In this document: positions 37,601 to 47,324 of the stretch, one piece after another
Position numbering within the stretch: the stretch's first letter is position 1
Layout of the letters: every line of letters begins with the position of its first letter
Assembly (NCBI GenBank): GCA_965203485.1
Contig: OZ241892.1
Coordinates: forward strand, 3,424,001-3,488,000
Direction of reading: 5' to 3'
Length of the DNA: 64,000 nucleotides
Origin: Longimicrobiales bacterium
Lineage (GTDB): Bacteria > Gemmatimonadota > Gemmatimonadetes > Longimicrobiales > Gaopeijiaceae
Program-made: the position numbers and the translations under genes
The notes under the pieces: model-generated
What the model saw: only the letters and a program-made list of their open reading frames with translations
What the model was told of the DNA's origin: nothing
Databases searched by the model: none

Positions 37601-39574
37601 CAGGATGGCCTCGGACAGGACCACGCCCCTGCCCTCCACGTCCACCTTGGCGCCTCCCTCGGCCTGAACCTCGAACGAGTAGATCGCCAAGCCGCCTTCG
37701 CCGCCCTCGTCGCGGAGCTCGAACGGCGACACCGCGATGACCCGGAGGCCGCAGTTCTCCAGTACGGGCATGAAGTCCGACAGCACGATCCGGCTGCGCC
37801 GCACGTAGACCTTGAGCTCCGAGCTCGCTCCCGGTTCGCGCAGGTCGAAGAAGCGCACCGACTCCATCCGTTCGGCGGCCTTCATCGCCTCCAGCTCGGC
37901 GATGTCGCGAACCGCCACTTCGGGGTCGTTCGCGGCTTGGTAGTCCGCCGGGAAGACGGCGGCGTAGCGCTGCGCCAAGCGGCGGGCGTCCTCCGGGGGA
38001 TGGACGGCGTCTAAGCGGTCGCGCAGTTCGTCGTCCCAGGATCGCGTCAGTTGCGCGACGGTCTCCTCGAGTTCGCCCGCGTCGATATCGGCGAGACGCT
38101 TTCGAGGACCGCCCACGTAGAAGTGGAGCCTCGCCTGGTCGCCCTCGCTCATCGCCAGGTGGTAGTTGAGGATCACCGCGTCGTAGCGGTCCACCAGCGT
38201 GCGCTCGAAGTCGCGGCGGAACCCTCCCGAGAAGCGAGCGCGCGGCAGCACCACCATGATCGAGAGCCCGCGGCCCAGCGCGTCGTGGCGCAGGGACACG
38301 ATCACGCCCTCGGTGTTGTATCGCGTCAGGATCGTGCGGACGTCGCGCCGGATCTCCTCTTCGGAGGCCAGGAAGAGCTCTTCCTTGGGCAACGAGTCGA
38401 AGATCGTGATGATCTCCTTGTAGTCGTGCGATCCCTCCGCCACGCCCGACTGCTCCAGCACGCTGGCCAGCTTCTGGCGCAGGATGGGGATGTCCTGCGC
38501 GGCCTCGGCGTACGCCCGCGACGTGAACAAGCCGAGAAAGCGGTGCTCGCCCGCGACGGCGCCGTCCTGGCCCAGCTTCTTGACGCCGATGTAGTCCATT
38601 CGCGCCCGCCGGTGGACCGTGGACTCGGCATTGGTCTTGCTGATGATGAGCAGGGGGCCGGACGTGGCGCGCTCGAACATGCCTTCGGGCAGCTCGCTCA
38701 GCGGCACGGGCTTGGAGAACGCCGACCGGCTCTCGTCCTGCAGGATGCCCAAGCCGGAGCCGGGCTCGACGGCGGCGGCGGGGCCGCTCCCCGCTTCGAT
38801 CTCGCCGATCGTGTACTCGCGGTAGCCCAGGAAGACGAAGCCGCCGTCGCGCAGCCAGCGCAGGAACGCCTGGATCTCGCGGAACTCTTCGCGCCGGTCC
38901 GGCACGTTGCGGATCTGGAAGCCGAGCTCGGACACCACGTCGGCGATCTTGTCCACCATGAGCCCGAAGTCGTCGGTGGCCCGGACCACGTCGCCGAGCC
39001 GGCGGACCGTGCCGTCGCGAAGTTCCTCGCGCTGGGCCGCGTCCGCAACCCGCTCCACCTCGGCATAGACGACGGACTCCTGCGCCTTGCCCGATCCCGG
39101 CGGCGCGAAGCCCGCGACGGCGCCGTCCTCGCCGCGCTCGACGGTCATCAGCGGATAGACGAGGGTCCTGATCTGCAGATCCCGCGACGAGATGAACTCG
39201 CGGATCGTGTCCACGATGAAGGGCCGTTCGGAGACGTTCGCGCGCACGACGGTGAACGGCGCCTGCCAGCCGTCGTCGCCCGGGCCCGGGTTCAGGACTT
39301 CGGCGTCGACCCGGCCCGGCTGGCTGCGGTCCAGGAAGAGAAGGGTGTCGAGGCAAACGTGCGCGAGTTCGGCCGGGCTGCGCTCCACCAGGCCCATGGG
39401 GGCCTTGCCGAGGAAGATCGGAACGAAGCTCTCGGCGAGGCCGGCCATCCGTTCGTCCGCCACGCCGCCGAGGGCGCGGAGCACGTCGGCGACGACCGGC
39501 GAGTTGGCGGCGAACTGGCCGGCCGGCCAGTCGCCCGACGACGCGCGCGGGGAAGACGCGGACGAAGCGTTCAC
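34664..39574 (-). CDS. gdhB: Large NAD-specific glutamate dehydrogenase
   Basis: EGVHLRG..VARGGIR.SDR, VVAADKGTA.FSD, AFASGG..GYDHK, GIGDMSGDVFGNGML, LWNGGIGTY, EGGNLG. 1636 aa. Confidence 0.96.
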   Translation of the reverse strand: MNASSASSPRASSGDWPAGQFAANSPVVADVLRALGGVADERMAGLAESFVPIFLGKAPMGLVERSPAELAHVCLDTLLFLDRSQPGRVDAEVLNPGPGDDGWQAPFTVVRANVSERPFIVDTIREFISSRDLQIRTLVYPLMTVERGEDGAVAGFAPPGSGKAQESVVYAEVERVADAAQREELRDGTVRRLGDVVRATDDFGLMVDKIADVVSELGFQIRNVPDRREEFREIQAFLRWLRDGGFVFLGYREYTIGEIEAGSGPAAAVEPGSGLGILQDESRSAFSKPVPLSELPEGMFERATSGPLLIISKTNAESTVHRRARMDYIGVKKLGQDGAVAGEHRFLGLFTSRAYAEAAQDIPILRQKLASVLEQSGVAEGSHDYKEIITIFDSLPKEELFLASEEEIRRDVRTILTRYNTEGVIVSLRHDALGRGLSIMVVLPRARFSGGFRRDFERTLVDRYDAVILNYHLAMSEGDQARLHFYVGGPRKRLADIDAGELEETVAQLTRSWDDELRDRLDAVHPPEDARRLAQRYAAVFPADYQAANDPEVAVRDIAELEAMKAAERMESVRFFDLREPGASSELKVYVRRSRIVLSDFMPVLENCGLRVIAVSPFELRDEGGEGGLAIYSFEVQAEGGAKVDVEGRGVVLSEAILAVRAGDATDDAFNRLVERTGMAWREADVLRAYAHFAFQLGVVPTRQVVRTALATHPDVGLRLFRLFEARFDPDAFEEGDGPGRARRARAATIKREIAAGLAGVRSLAFDRALRALQAVIDATARTNYFLTGGRTPARRSGGVPYVSFKFECARLREIHATRLKYEVWVRSSRMEGVHLRGAMVARGGIRHSDRDDDFRTEVQGLVYTQMVKNAVIVPGGSKGGFVCLRSLPGRDAMAEEAKAQYRTLIRGMLDVTDNIDGEAARPGRVVCWDGFDPYLVVAADKGTAAFSDLANELAAEHGFWLGDAFASGGTNGYDHKAVGITAGGAWESVTRHFREKGKDIQKDAFTVAGIGDMSGDVFGNGMLLSRAIRLVAAFDHRHVFIDPGPDPETSFKERKRLFDLGRSSWDDYDRSKLSAGGMIVPRDVKSVDLTEEAAAALGVEDGVRKLDSESLIRAVLAAPVDLLWNGGIGTYVKAGDESHADVGDPSNDAVRIDVGDLQARVVAEGGNLGFTQAARVEYALGGGRINTDALDNSGGVDLSDREVNLKILLNEALKAGVATSEERNQLLHRLTDEVAAQVLRDNEYQSLAVSLDEYRARRGVDHFWALMGDLVRTGLLDREAEGLPSWDELRARQEANESLTRPELAVLLAYGKLHLKSELLGSSLPDDPAAADYFFDYFPSAAVDLVGRDRARSHRLRREIVASQLTNDLVDVMGAAFPTRVSRETGRTADEVARAWLVASQLTQHRKTLEAICAREAQVRTGSAYRWVMGLAEVLERTTRWVLANCDPEDSSTSLVEGNLAELEALRARFHELVAGEDREAFLASVQQAVRLGVDEPFARNLFALRYFDHLLEILRLARTAGTDPVKAARTYYWVTEELRIPWLVSSIEKAAVEGGRWERRWSLGLIDDIGAIRRRLTGVALAGDETLAKAFDFGGNGSPLDRFHALLDEMRTEETATLAGLSVAVQVVRQAAGG

Positions 39575-39677
39575 GCGCGGGCGGCGCCCCGCTCGTCAGG
39601 TCGGCCCATCCGATTCTGCTCCGTTTGGGTTGTGCCTGCGCCCGGCCGCGCGCGTGAGGACGACAGCAATCCCCAAA

Positions 39678-40532
39678 CTACGGCGCACTCGACAAAAATA
39701 CGCCTTGCGCGACACTCCCGCTACGACCGCGTTGCGCCCGGCGGCCGGGGCGCCCGCCCGCCCGGATGCCCACGAACGCGGCGTGCCTTCCGGCGTCTCC
39801 GTGCCGGTGCGAGAACCAGCGCGCGTCGCACCGGGTGCACTCGGGGCTCCGCGAGACGTTCTCGGGCGCGAGTCCCGAGCGAGCCAACCGCTCGTGCAGG
39901 GCCGCGTGCAGATCGAGGAAGGCGCGGCCGCCGCCGGGGTGCGGCTCGGGCAAGTCCGGGCGGCGGCCGGGCGGACCGCTCTTGCGTCGCTCGCCGTGGT
40001 TCTCGAAGACAGCCGCGACCTCCACGCCGACCTCGTAGCAGCACGGGCCGATGGCGGGTCCCAGGTGCGCCAGCAGGTCGGCCGGGCCGCTTCCGAAGGC
40101 GTCGCGCAACGTCGCCACTCCCGCCTGAACCACGCCGGCCGCGGCGCCGCGCCAGCCCGCGTGCAGCAACGCGACGGCCCGCCGCACCGGATCGGCCAGG
40201 AACACGGGCGCGCAGTCGGCCGCCGTCACGGCCAGCAACGTTCCCGGGACGTCCGTCGCGTGCCCGTCGCCATCGCCCGCGAGCACGACGCCGTCACGCC
40301 CGTCCCGGTGGACCCGCACCAGGGCGCCGTGAACCTGCCGGGAGCGCACGACGGACGACCAGCCGCCCTGCGCCTGCAACGCGCGCCAATCTTCCAGCGC
40401 GTCGCCCGGCGGCAACCCGAAGTCGGGACGTCCGTCCGGCCCGCGCTGGGTCGTGCCCGCGTGCAACCAGGGGTGCATTGCGGCCCAGCCAGGCACGGGG
40501 GAGACGGGCAGATTCGGTGCTCGCGCGGACAT
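39678..40532 (-). CDS. pgeF: YfiH/PgeF (laccase-domain, purine nucleoside phosphorylase-like) protein
   Basis: QVHG, ADCAPV, HAGWRG, GPAIGPCCYEVG, FSHR. Confidence 0.9.
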   Translation of the reverse strand: MSARAPNLPVSPVPGWAAMHPWLHAGTTQRGPDGRPDFGLPPGDALEDWRALQAQGGWSSVVRSRQVHGALVRVHRDGRDGVVLAGDGDGHATDVPGTLLAVTAADCAPVFLADPVRRAVALLHAGWRGAAAGVVQAGVATLRDAFGSGPADLLAHLGPAIGPCCYEVGVEVAAVFENHGERRKSGPPGRRPDLPEPHPGGGRAFLDLHAALHERLARSGLAPENVSRSPECTRCDARWFSHRHGDAGRHAAFVGIRAGGRPGRRAQRGRSGSVAQGVFLSSAP

Positions 40533-40564
40533 GCTCCGTAGAGAATAGCTTATCGTTACACGTC

Positions 40565-43525
40565 ATGAACGGAATTCGATTCGACGGCCCGAACGCCGCC
40601 TACGTGCAGGAACTGCTGGAGGAGTTCGCCCGCAATCCCCAGGGTGTGCCGCCCGAGTGGCAAGCCCTGTTCCGCAACGGTCGGGACGACGTGCGCGACG
40701 CTGGGCTCTTGCCTCCGGAGGCGTGGAACGGTCGGCGCGGCCGGGACGCCGCCCCGGCGCCTTCCCGTCGCGCCCCGGACGAGACCGCGAGAGCGTCCTC
40801 GCCGCCGCCCGTCCGCGCTTCGAGCGTCGTTGCGTCGCGCCCGCCGAGCGCCCCGTCGCCCGCGCCGGAGCCCCCGCTCGAGCCCTCGGCTCCGTCCCTC
40901 GCCGCCGAATCGGCCCCCGGCACGCCCCCCGCGCTGGACGGCCTTCTGCCGCTCGTCGCCCGCGCCGCCAACCTCCTGCAGGCGTTCCGCGAGCACGGCC
41001 ACCAAGCCGCCCGCATCGACCCGCTCGGCAGCGAGCCGCCGGGCCACCCGCAGCTCGACCCCGCCTACTTCGGCACGACGATGGACGAGCTGGCGGCCAT
41101 CCCGGCGTCCGTGCTCTTCCCCGGGGCCGGCGACGACTCTCTCGCCGCCACGCTCGGCCGCCTGAAGTCCACGTACAGCGGCGCGCTGGGCTACGAGTTC
41201 GAGCACCTGGAGGACCCGAAGAAGGTCGAGTGGCTGTGGGACCAGGTGGAACGCGGCACGCACTTCGCCGGCCTCGCGGACGAGGACCGGTTGCGCGCCC
41301 TGGAGCGCCTGACGCAGGTCGAAGGGCTGGAACAGTTCCTCCATCGCGCCTACCTGGGCCAGAAGCGCTTCTCCATCGAAGGCACCGACATGCTCGTGCC
41401 CATGCTCGACGAAGCGATCGAGCAGTCGGCCGAGAACGGCGCCGCGGAAGTGGTCATCGGCATGGCGCACAGGGGCCGCTTGAACGTCCTGGCGCACGTG
41501 CTCGGCGTCCCCTACGGCGAACTCCTGGGCGAGTTCGAGGGCCAGACCAGCCCCGGGAGCGCGCTCTGGGTGCCCGACCCGGGAACCGGCGACGTCAAGT
41601 ACCACCACGGAGCCGCGCACGACTACGAGTTGCGAACCGGCCGGTCCGTGCGCGTGCGGCTCGCGCCCAACCCGAGCCACTTGGAGTACGTCAACCCGGT
41701 GATCCTGGGCATGACGCGCATCAGCCAGCATCCCGACGGCGAGAGCGACGCGTCCCGCGACCCCGATCGCGTCGTGCCCGTCCTGATTCACGGCGACGCG
41801 GCCTTCGCGGCCGAGGGGGTCGTGGCCGAGACGCTCAACCTGGCCCGCCTGCGGGGCTACGAAGTGGGCGGCGCTATCCATGTCATCGCCAACAACCAGA
41901 TCGGGTTCACGACCAATCCGGCGGAGGGCCGCTCGACCCGCTATTCGAGCGACTTGGCGAAGGGCTACGACATCCCGGTCGTCCACGCCAACGGCGACAA
42001 GCCGGAGGAGTGCCTGGCCGCCGTGCGCTTGGCGATGGCGTACCGGGCGCGATTCCACGACGACATCGTGATCGACTTGGTCGGCTACCGGCGCCACGGA
42101 CACAACGAGGGAGACGAGCCCGCCTACACGCAGCCCGAGCTCTACGCGCGGATCGCCGAACACGCGACGACGCGATCGCTTTGGGCCGACGAACTGGTCG
42201 AGCGCGGCCTGATCACGCGCGAGAAGGCGGACGAGCAGGCCGAGGAAATGCAGGCGCGTCTTCGGGACATCCAGGACGCGCGCAAGGAGTCGTCCGCGGA
42301 CAGGACGCCGATGCCGTGGACGCATCCGGACTTCGGCGTGGTCGAGCAGGACAGCGAGCCCTACACCCAGGTGTCGCTCGAACGGATCGAGCGCCTCAAC
42401 GCGACGCTGCTCGAACGCCCGGACGGCTTCACCGTGCATCCCAAGCTGAAGCGCCAGCTGGACAAGCGCGGCGGCGGATTCGGTCCCGACTTTCAGCTCG
42501 ACTGGGGTCACGCCGAGGCGCTGGCGGTCGCCTCGCTGCTGGACGACGGAATTCCGGTCCGCCTGTCGGGACAGGACTCCGAGCGCGGCACCTTCAGCCA
42601 TCGCCACTTCGTGCTCAACGACGCGCGCACCGGCGCCCGGTTCACGCCGCTCGCGAACGTGAGCGACACGCGCTTCGAGGTCCACAACTCGCCGCTCACC
42701 GAGGCGGCGGTGATCGGGTTCGAGTACGGGGCGGCGGTGGCGGCGGACCGCGACTTGGTGGTCTGGGAGGCGCAGTTCGGGGACTTCGTGAACGTCGCCC
42801 AGGTCATGATCGACCAGTTCCTGTCGGCGGGCTGGTCCAAGTGGGGACAGCGCTCCCGGCTCACGCTGCTGCTTCCGCACGGCTACGAGGGCCAGGGACC
42901 GGAGCACTCGAGCGCCAGGCTGGAGCGCTTCCTTCAGCTGTGCGCCGAAGACAACATGCGCGTCGTGTATCCCACCACGCCGGCCCAGCTCTTCCATCTG
43001 CTGCGCTTTCAGGCTTTGGTCGAGCCCGAGCGGCCGTTGATCGTCATGTCGCCCAAGAGCCTCCTGCGCCACCCCTCCGCCAAGTCGTCCGTGCGCGAAC
43101 TGGCGGAGGCGGGCTTTCGCAGGGTCATCGACGACTCCGCCGTAGGGGTGAAGAACGCAGACCGGATTCGGCGGCTGCTCCTCTGTTCCGGCAAGGTGTA
43201 CTACGACTTGGTGGGATCGGAGCTCCGGGGGCGGGCCGCGACCACCGCGATTGCGCGCGTCGAGTCGCTGTATCCCTTCCCGGACGACGAGATCCGGGCC
43301 CTCGACGACCGCTACCCGAACGTCGACGAAGTGATTTGGGTGCAGGAGGAGCCCGCGAACATGGGGGCGCTGTCGTATGCGAAGCCGCAGCTCGACGAGG
43401 CGTTCGGCACCGCCGTCCGGATCGGGTCCGTCTCTCGTCCGGGCCGCGCCAGCCCCGCGGCCGGCAACTTGGGGTCGCACGCCAAGGAACAAAGCCGCAT
43501 CTTGCGGAACGCGCTGGGCGGCTGA
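40565..43525 (+). CDS. sucA: 2-oxoglutarate dehydrogenase E1 component
   Basis: GQKRFSIEG, GMAHRGRLN, GDVKYH, NPSHLE, HGDAAF, NNQIGFTT, GHNEGDEP, WEAQFGDF, LPHGYEGQGPEHSSARLER. Confidence 0.97.
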   Translation: MNGIRFDGPNAAYVQELLEEFARNPQGVPPEWQALFRNGRDDVRDAGLLPPEAWNGRRGRDAAPAPSRRAPDETARASSPPPVRASSVVASRPPSAPSPAPEPPLEPSAPSLAAESAPGTPPALDGLLPLVARAANLLQAFREHGHQAARIDPLGSEPPGHPQLDPAYFGTTMDELAAIPASVLFPGAGDDSLAATLGRLKSTYSGALGYEFEHLEDPKKVEWLWDQVERGTHFAGLADEDRLRALERLTQVEGLEQFLHRAYLGQKRFSIEGTDMLVPMLDEAIEQSAENGAAEVVIGMAHRGRLNVLAHVLGVPYGELLGEFEGQTSPGSALWVPDPGTGDVKYHHGAAHDYELRTGRSVRVRLAPNPSHLEYVNPVILGMTRISQHPDGESDASRDPDRVVPVLIHGDAAFAAEGVVAETLNLARLRGYEVGGAIHVIANNQIGFTTNPAEGRSTRYSSDLAKGYDIPVVHANGDKPEECLAAVRLAMAYRARFHDDIVIDLVGYRRHGHNEGDEPAYTQPELYARIAEHATTRSLWADELVERGLITREKADEQAEEMQARLRDIQDARKESSADRTPMPWTHPDFGVVEQDSEPYTQVSLERIERLNATLLERPDGFTVHPKLKRQLDKRGGGFGPDFQLDWGHAEALAVASLLDDGIPVRLSGQDSERGTFSHRHFVLNDARTGARFTPLANVSDTRFEVHNSPLTEAAVIGFEYGAAVAADRDLVVWEAQFGDFVNVAQVMIDQFLSAGWSKWGQRSRLTLLLPHGYEGQGPEHSSARLERFLQLCAEDNMRVVYPTTPAQLFHLLRFQALVEPERPLIVMSPKSLLRHPSAKSSVRELAEAGFRRVIDDSAVGVKNADRIRRLLLCSGKVYYDLVGSELRGRAATTAIARVESLYPFPDDEIRALDDRYPNVDEVIWVQEEPANMGALSYAKPQLDEAFGTAVRIGSVSRPGRASPAAGNLGSHAKEQSRILRNALGG

Positions 43526-43691
43526 CGAAAAGAGCCGCGCGGGACGTTCGCGGGGTTGTTGCGCGGCGTGCGGCCCTCGGTGGGATGCGGTCGCTTGCCC
43601 ATTTCCAAGGAGAAGAAAGATGCGCTCGTCGCTCGACTCGCGGCTCCCAGCGGCTGGGGCGGGATTCCGGTGGCCTTGGCGAAGAGGATGG

Positions 43692-44726
43692 ATGCGCTCG
43701 CCGCTCAAGACGTGGCGGCCGCGGCCGGCTTCGTCGGTTGCGGTAGCGGCCTTGGCGGCTTGCTCGCCGGTGGTGCAGCCGGAGGCGATGCCGGTGGCGT
43801 GCACTCTGGCGAACGCTCCTCTCGACGTGGGCTTCTACGCGTTCTTCGCTCCGGTGAGCTACAGCGCGAGTCCCGATCCGTCGTTGGAGGGCTTCGACGT
43901 CCATGTCGGCTACGAGGCCGACTTGCTGACCGCGATGGAAGCGATGAACCCGGGCGAGACTTCGTTCGCGCGGCGAGCGATTCCGACGTGGCCCGGCATC
44001 TGGCTCCGGTCCTCGGACCTGTTCGACATCGTGGGCGGAGGCATCACGATCCTGCGTTCCCGCACGCTGGGCCCCGACGGATTGCGTGTGGTCAAGTTCA
44101 CGGCTCCGCACATCGCCTTCCGGCAGTCGTTGCTGGCGCGCTCGTCGGACCAGTCCCGCTTCGACGGCTACGAGGACTTGACCAGCGACGTGCGCGTGGG
44201 CGTGCTCGCCGGGACGACGGGCGAGGCGCGGCTGCTCCGCATCACCGGAATCGCAGGCGAAGGTGGAACGCTGGCCGCCGGAACGCGCGTGGAGACCCCG
44301 CGCGGCACGGTCGTCGCCGACGGGACGGGGGCGTACTTCATCACCGCGGCGGGGGCGTCGGAGAACCTCCGGGGCCGCCGTCGGCTGGAACCGCCCGCCC
44401 GCGACATGCCGCGGGTCGTCTACCTGGGCGATGCGGAGGGCGAGGCCGAGCTGCTTGCCGCCCTGCGCTCGGGCGAGATCGACTTGGTGGCCCGGGGCGA
44501 GATCGGCAACACCGAAGCCGCGCGCGAGTCCGGCGGCGCCTTCGCGGTCGTGGCGCTCGACGACGAGGCCGAGCACGGGGGCTTCACGATCGATTCGGGC
44601 AAGCCCCGCCTGCTCGCGTGCTTCGACCACAAGATCGACTGGCTGACGGACGGCGGCGAGATCGGATACGCGGAGTGGCGCGAGGACGCCTCCGTGTTCA
44701 TGAAGCGCGCCGAACTGGCCCGCTGA
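43692..44726 (+). CDS. Extracellular solute-binding protein (family 3-like), probable lipoprotein
   Basis: Lipobox LAAC, GYEADLL, FDIVGGGIT, VGVLAGTTGE, LRSGEIDLV. The start is uncertain (43620 or 43692). Confidence 0.7.
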   Translation: MRSPLKTWRPRPASSVAVAALAACSPVVQPEAMPVACTLANAPLDVGFYAFFAPVSYSASPDPSLEGFDVHVGYEADLLTAMEAMNPGETSFARRAIPTWPGIWLRSSDLFDIVGGGITILRSRTLGPDGLRVVKFTAPHIAFRQSLLARSSDQSRFDGYEDLTSDVRVGVLAGTTGEARLLRITGIAGEGGTLAAGTRVETPRGTVVADGTGAYFITAAGASENLRGRRRLEPPARDMPRVVYLGDAEGEAELLAALRSGEIDLVARGEIGNTEAARESGGAFAVVALDDEAEHGGFTIDSGKPRLLACFDHKIDWLTDGGEIGYAEWREDASVFMKRAELAR

Positions 44727-44773
44727 GGCCCGGCCACGATGCGCCGCCTGGATACGGGACCCGGGCCGCGACG

Positions 44774-45988
44774 ATGAGGCTGGCCCGGCCCACCGCCGAT
44801 CGGGCCGCCCCCGCGCTTGGGTCCGTTGCCTCGGTTGCGGCGAAACGGACCGGCCGGTTGCGGGCAGGGGCCGCCGCCGCCCTCGCGTTCGCGGGTCCCG
44901 CCTTCGTTGCGGCGATCTTGGTCGTTTCGGCGCCCCAGGGGTCCGCGAGCGCGCGGGAGGCGGACGGCGCCGTCGAGTCGCGCGGCTTGGCCGGCTTGGC
45001 CGTCGTGGGCCCCGACACGGCGGACGCCGGGCTCCGGCTGGTGGTCCTTGGCACGGGAACGCCCAACGCCGACCCGGAGCGTTCCGGCCCCGCGCTGGCC
45101 GTGATCGCCGGCGAACGGGCGTATTTGGTGGATGCCGGGCCGGGAATCGTCCGCAGGGCGGCGGCGGCCCGGGCGCGCCACGGGATCGAGGCCCTCGACG
45201 CGGCGCGGCTCGACCGGCTCTTCGTCACCCACCTGCACTCGGACCACACCGTCGGGCTCCCCGACGTGATCCTGTCGCCCTGGGTGCTCGACCGGCCCCG
45301 CCCCATTCGAATCCACGGTCCGCCCGGCACGGCCGCCATGGTCGCGGCGATTCACGACGCATGGCGCGAGGACATCCACATGCGCCTCTTCGGCTTGGAG
45401 CCCCGCGAGGCCAATCCGGACGCCTACCAGGCCGACGTCCACGAGTCGACGGGCGGTCCGGTCTACGAGGACGAGAACGTGAGCGTCACGGCGATTCCGG
45501 TGCGGCACGGCTCCTGGCCGCACGCGCTCGGCTACAAGTTCGAAGCGGCCGGGCGCTCGGTCGTCGTGTCCGGCGACGCGCGCCCGAGCCCGGTCTTGGC
45601 GGACGCCTGCGATGGGTGCGACATCTTGGTCCACGAGGTCTACTCGGCGCGCCGGTTCGAGACCCGTCCGCCCGAGTGGCAGCGCTACCACGCCCGCGCC
45701 CACACGTCCACCGCCGAGCTCGCCGAGCTGGCTGGGCAGGCCCGGCCCCGCTTGCTGGTGCTGTACCACCAGCTCTACTGGGGCGCCTCCGACGAAGATC
45801 TGCTGGCGGAGCTCCGCGAGGCCGGCTACGCGGGCGCGGCCGAGTCGGCGGCCGACCTGGACGTCTACTCGGCCGAACGGGCGGCGCGGGCGCGCCCGGA
45901 GCGCCGCGAAGCGCGGGAGCCCGGAGCAGATTCCGCCGCCGCCGAGCCTCCGGCCTTGCGACTGCGCCCGGGGCCGGTAGATTCATGA
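44774..45988 (+). CDS. MBL-fold hydrolase, RNase Z/arylsulfatase-like, probably exported
   Basis: VLGTGTP, LVDAG, THLHSDH, SGDA, LVHE, HT, LYH. Confidence 0.85.
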   Translation: MRLARPTADRAAPALGSVASVAAKRTGRLRAGAAAALAFAGPAFVAAILVVSAPQGSASAREADGAVESRGLAGLAVVGPDTADAGLRLVVLGTGTPNADPERSGPALAVIAGERAYLVDAGPGIVRRAAAARARHGIEALDAARLDRLFVTHLHSDHTVGLPDVILSPWVLDRPRPIRIHGPPGTAAMVAAIHDAWREDIHMRLFGLEPREANPDAYQADVHESTGGPVYEDENVSVTAIPVRHGSWPHALGYKFEAAGRSVVVSGDARPSPVLADACDGCDILVHEVYSARRFETRPPEWQRYHARAHTSTAELAELAGQARPRLLVLYHQLYWGASDEDLLAELREAGYAGAAESAADLDVYSAERAARARPERREAREPGADSAAAEPPALRLRPGPVDS

Positions 45989-46049
45989 CCCTGCTTCGTC
46001 CCCCGGGGACCGCTTCCGGCGGCCGGGCACGTTCCCCCTCGCAAGCAAG

Positions 46050-47075
46050 ATGACGCGCTTCTCCCCTGCACGGGCCTTCTCGGCCTTTGCCTTCTCGGCC
46101 GCGCTCGCGGTGGCCGTCTCCGCTTGCGGATCCGACTCCGACGTCGCTCGCGGGAAGCTCGTCTTCGACGCGTGCTCGCCTTGTCACGGCGACGACGGAG
46201 CAGGCGACCAGCTCCTCGGAGCGCCCGCCATCGCCGGCGCCGATCCGTGGTACTTGAAGATGCAGCTGGAGCGCTTCCAGGGGGACGGACGGGTCTACCA
46301 GCGCGGCTACCACCACATGGACGAGGGCGGCCTGAGGATGCGCCCCATGGCCCGCGTGCTGCGCACCGAAGCGGACCTCGACGCCGTGGTTGCGTACGTC
46401 GCCGCCTTGCCGATGGCGGATCCGCCGCCGACGGGCCACGGCGACGCCGAGGCCGGCCGGGAAGAGTACGCCCGCCTGTGCGCGAACTGCCACGGCGACG
46501 ACGGGCGGGGCGCGCAGGACCTGAGCGCGCCCTCGCTGCTGCACCTGAGCGACTGGTACGTCGCCTCGTCGCTGCGGAAGTACCGCGACCAAGTGCGCGG
46601 CGCCTCCCCCGGCGACGCGGCGGGCGCCACGATGCGGGCTCCCGTCGCCGCCTTCTCCGATGCGCAGATCGACGACGTGACGGCCTATGTCGTCAGCATG
46701 CCGAGGCTGCCCCGCAAGATCGCCGTCGCGGGCGCCGCCCCGCCGCCGTTGCCGCCGCTGGACGTGGACCCCGCCGTCCTCCCCGAAGGCGTCACCGCCG
46801 AGATGGTGGCGGAGGGCCAGGACATCTTCCACGGCGCTGGCATCTGCCTCACCTGCCACCTGCGCGGCGGCGTCGGCGGCCCCTTGGCGCCCAACCTCGC
46901 GGACGACGTCTGGCTCAACATCGACGGCGAGTACGAGTCGATCGTGGGCATCGTCGAGACCGGCGTTCCCCAGCCCGTCGAGCACCCCGGCATGATGTTG
47001 CCGCGGGCCGGCGCCGCGCTGACCGACGAGCAAGTGCGCTCCGTCGCCGCGTACGTGTTCGCCCTGAGCCGGTGA
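46050..47075 (+). CDS. Triheme c-type cytochrome lipoprotein (c4-like diheme plus a third heme domain)
   Basis: Lipobox VSAC and three CxxCH motifs: CSPCH, CANCH, CLTCH. Confidence 0.9.
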   Translation: MTRFSPARAFSAFAFSAALAVAVSACGSDSDVARGKLVFDACSPCHGDDGAGDQLLGAPAIAGADPWYLKMQLERFQGDGRVYQRGYHHMDEGGLRMRPMARVLRTEADLDAVVAYVAALPMADPPPTGHGDAEAGREEYARLCANCHGDDGRGAQDLSAPSLLHLSDWYVASSLRKYRDQVRGASPGDAAGATMRAPVAAFSDAQIDDVTAYVVSMPRLPRKIAVAGAAPPPLPPLDVDPAVLPEGVTAEMVAEGQDIFHGAGICLTCHLRGGVGGPLAPNLADDVWLNIDGEYESIVGIVETGVPQPVEHPGMMLPRAGAALTDEQVRSVAAYVFALSR

Positions 47076-47080
47076 CCGCC

Positions 47081-47257
47081 ATGGACGCCAACCTGTCCCA
47101 CCGCCCCACGCACGCCGAACTGGCCGCGCAGATTCCCGCCCCGCCGCCGGACGAGGAGAACGAGTCCATCCAGTTCGCCAAGAAGACGTTTCAGTGGACG
47201 GCGTTGCTCGTCGTCCTCTTCGTCGGCGCGGCGGTGGTGTACACGATGCTGATATGA
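47081..47257 (+). CDS. Small single-TM membrane protein in the cox operon (58 aa)
   Basis: ATG is 5 nt after the cytochrome stop. C-terminal hydrophobic helix WTALLVVLFVGAAVVYTMLI. Confidence 0.7.
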   Translation: MDANLSHRPTHAELAAQIPAPPPDEENESIQFAKKTFQWTALLVVLFVGAAVVYTMLI

Positions 47258-47324
47258 CCAAGAAATCGGCCTGCGCCCGCGCGGCGGCCGTTCGGGGGCC
47301 GGCAGCCCCCTCGACGAGCCCTTC

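Noticed and set aside
38051..40564. An 1824-aa ORF suggesting a giant N-terminal extension of SucA
   Set aside because: The extension is the antisense shadow of gdhB and pgeF in high-GC DNA. SucA-like sequence starts at ATG 40565.
43619..43706. 16-bp near-repeat GATGCGCTCG(T/C)CGCTC giving two possible starts for the binding protein
   Set aside because: It is short, GC-rich and present in only two copies. It only makes the start codon ambiguous.
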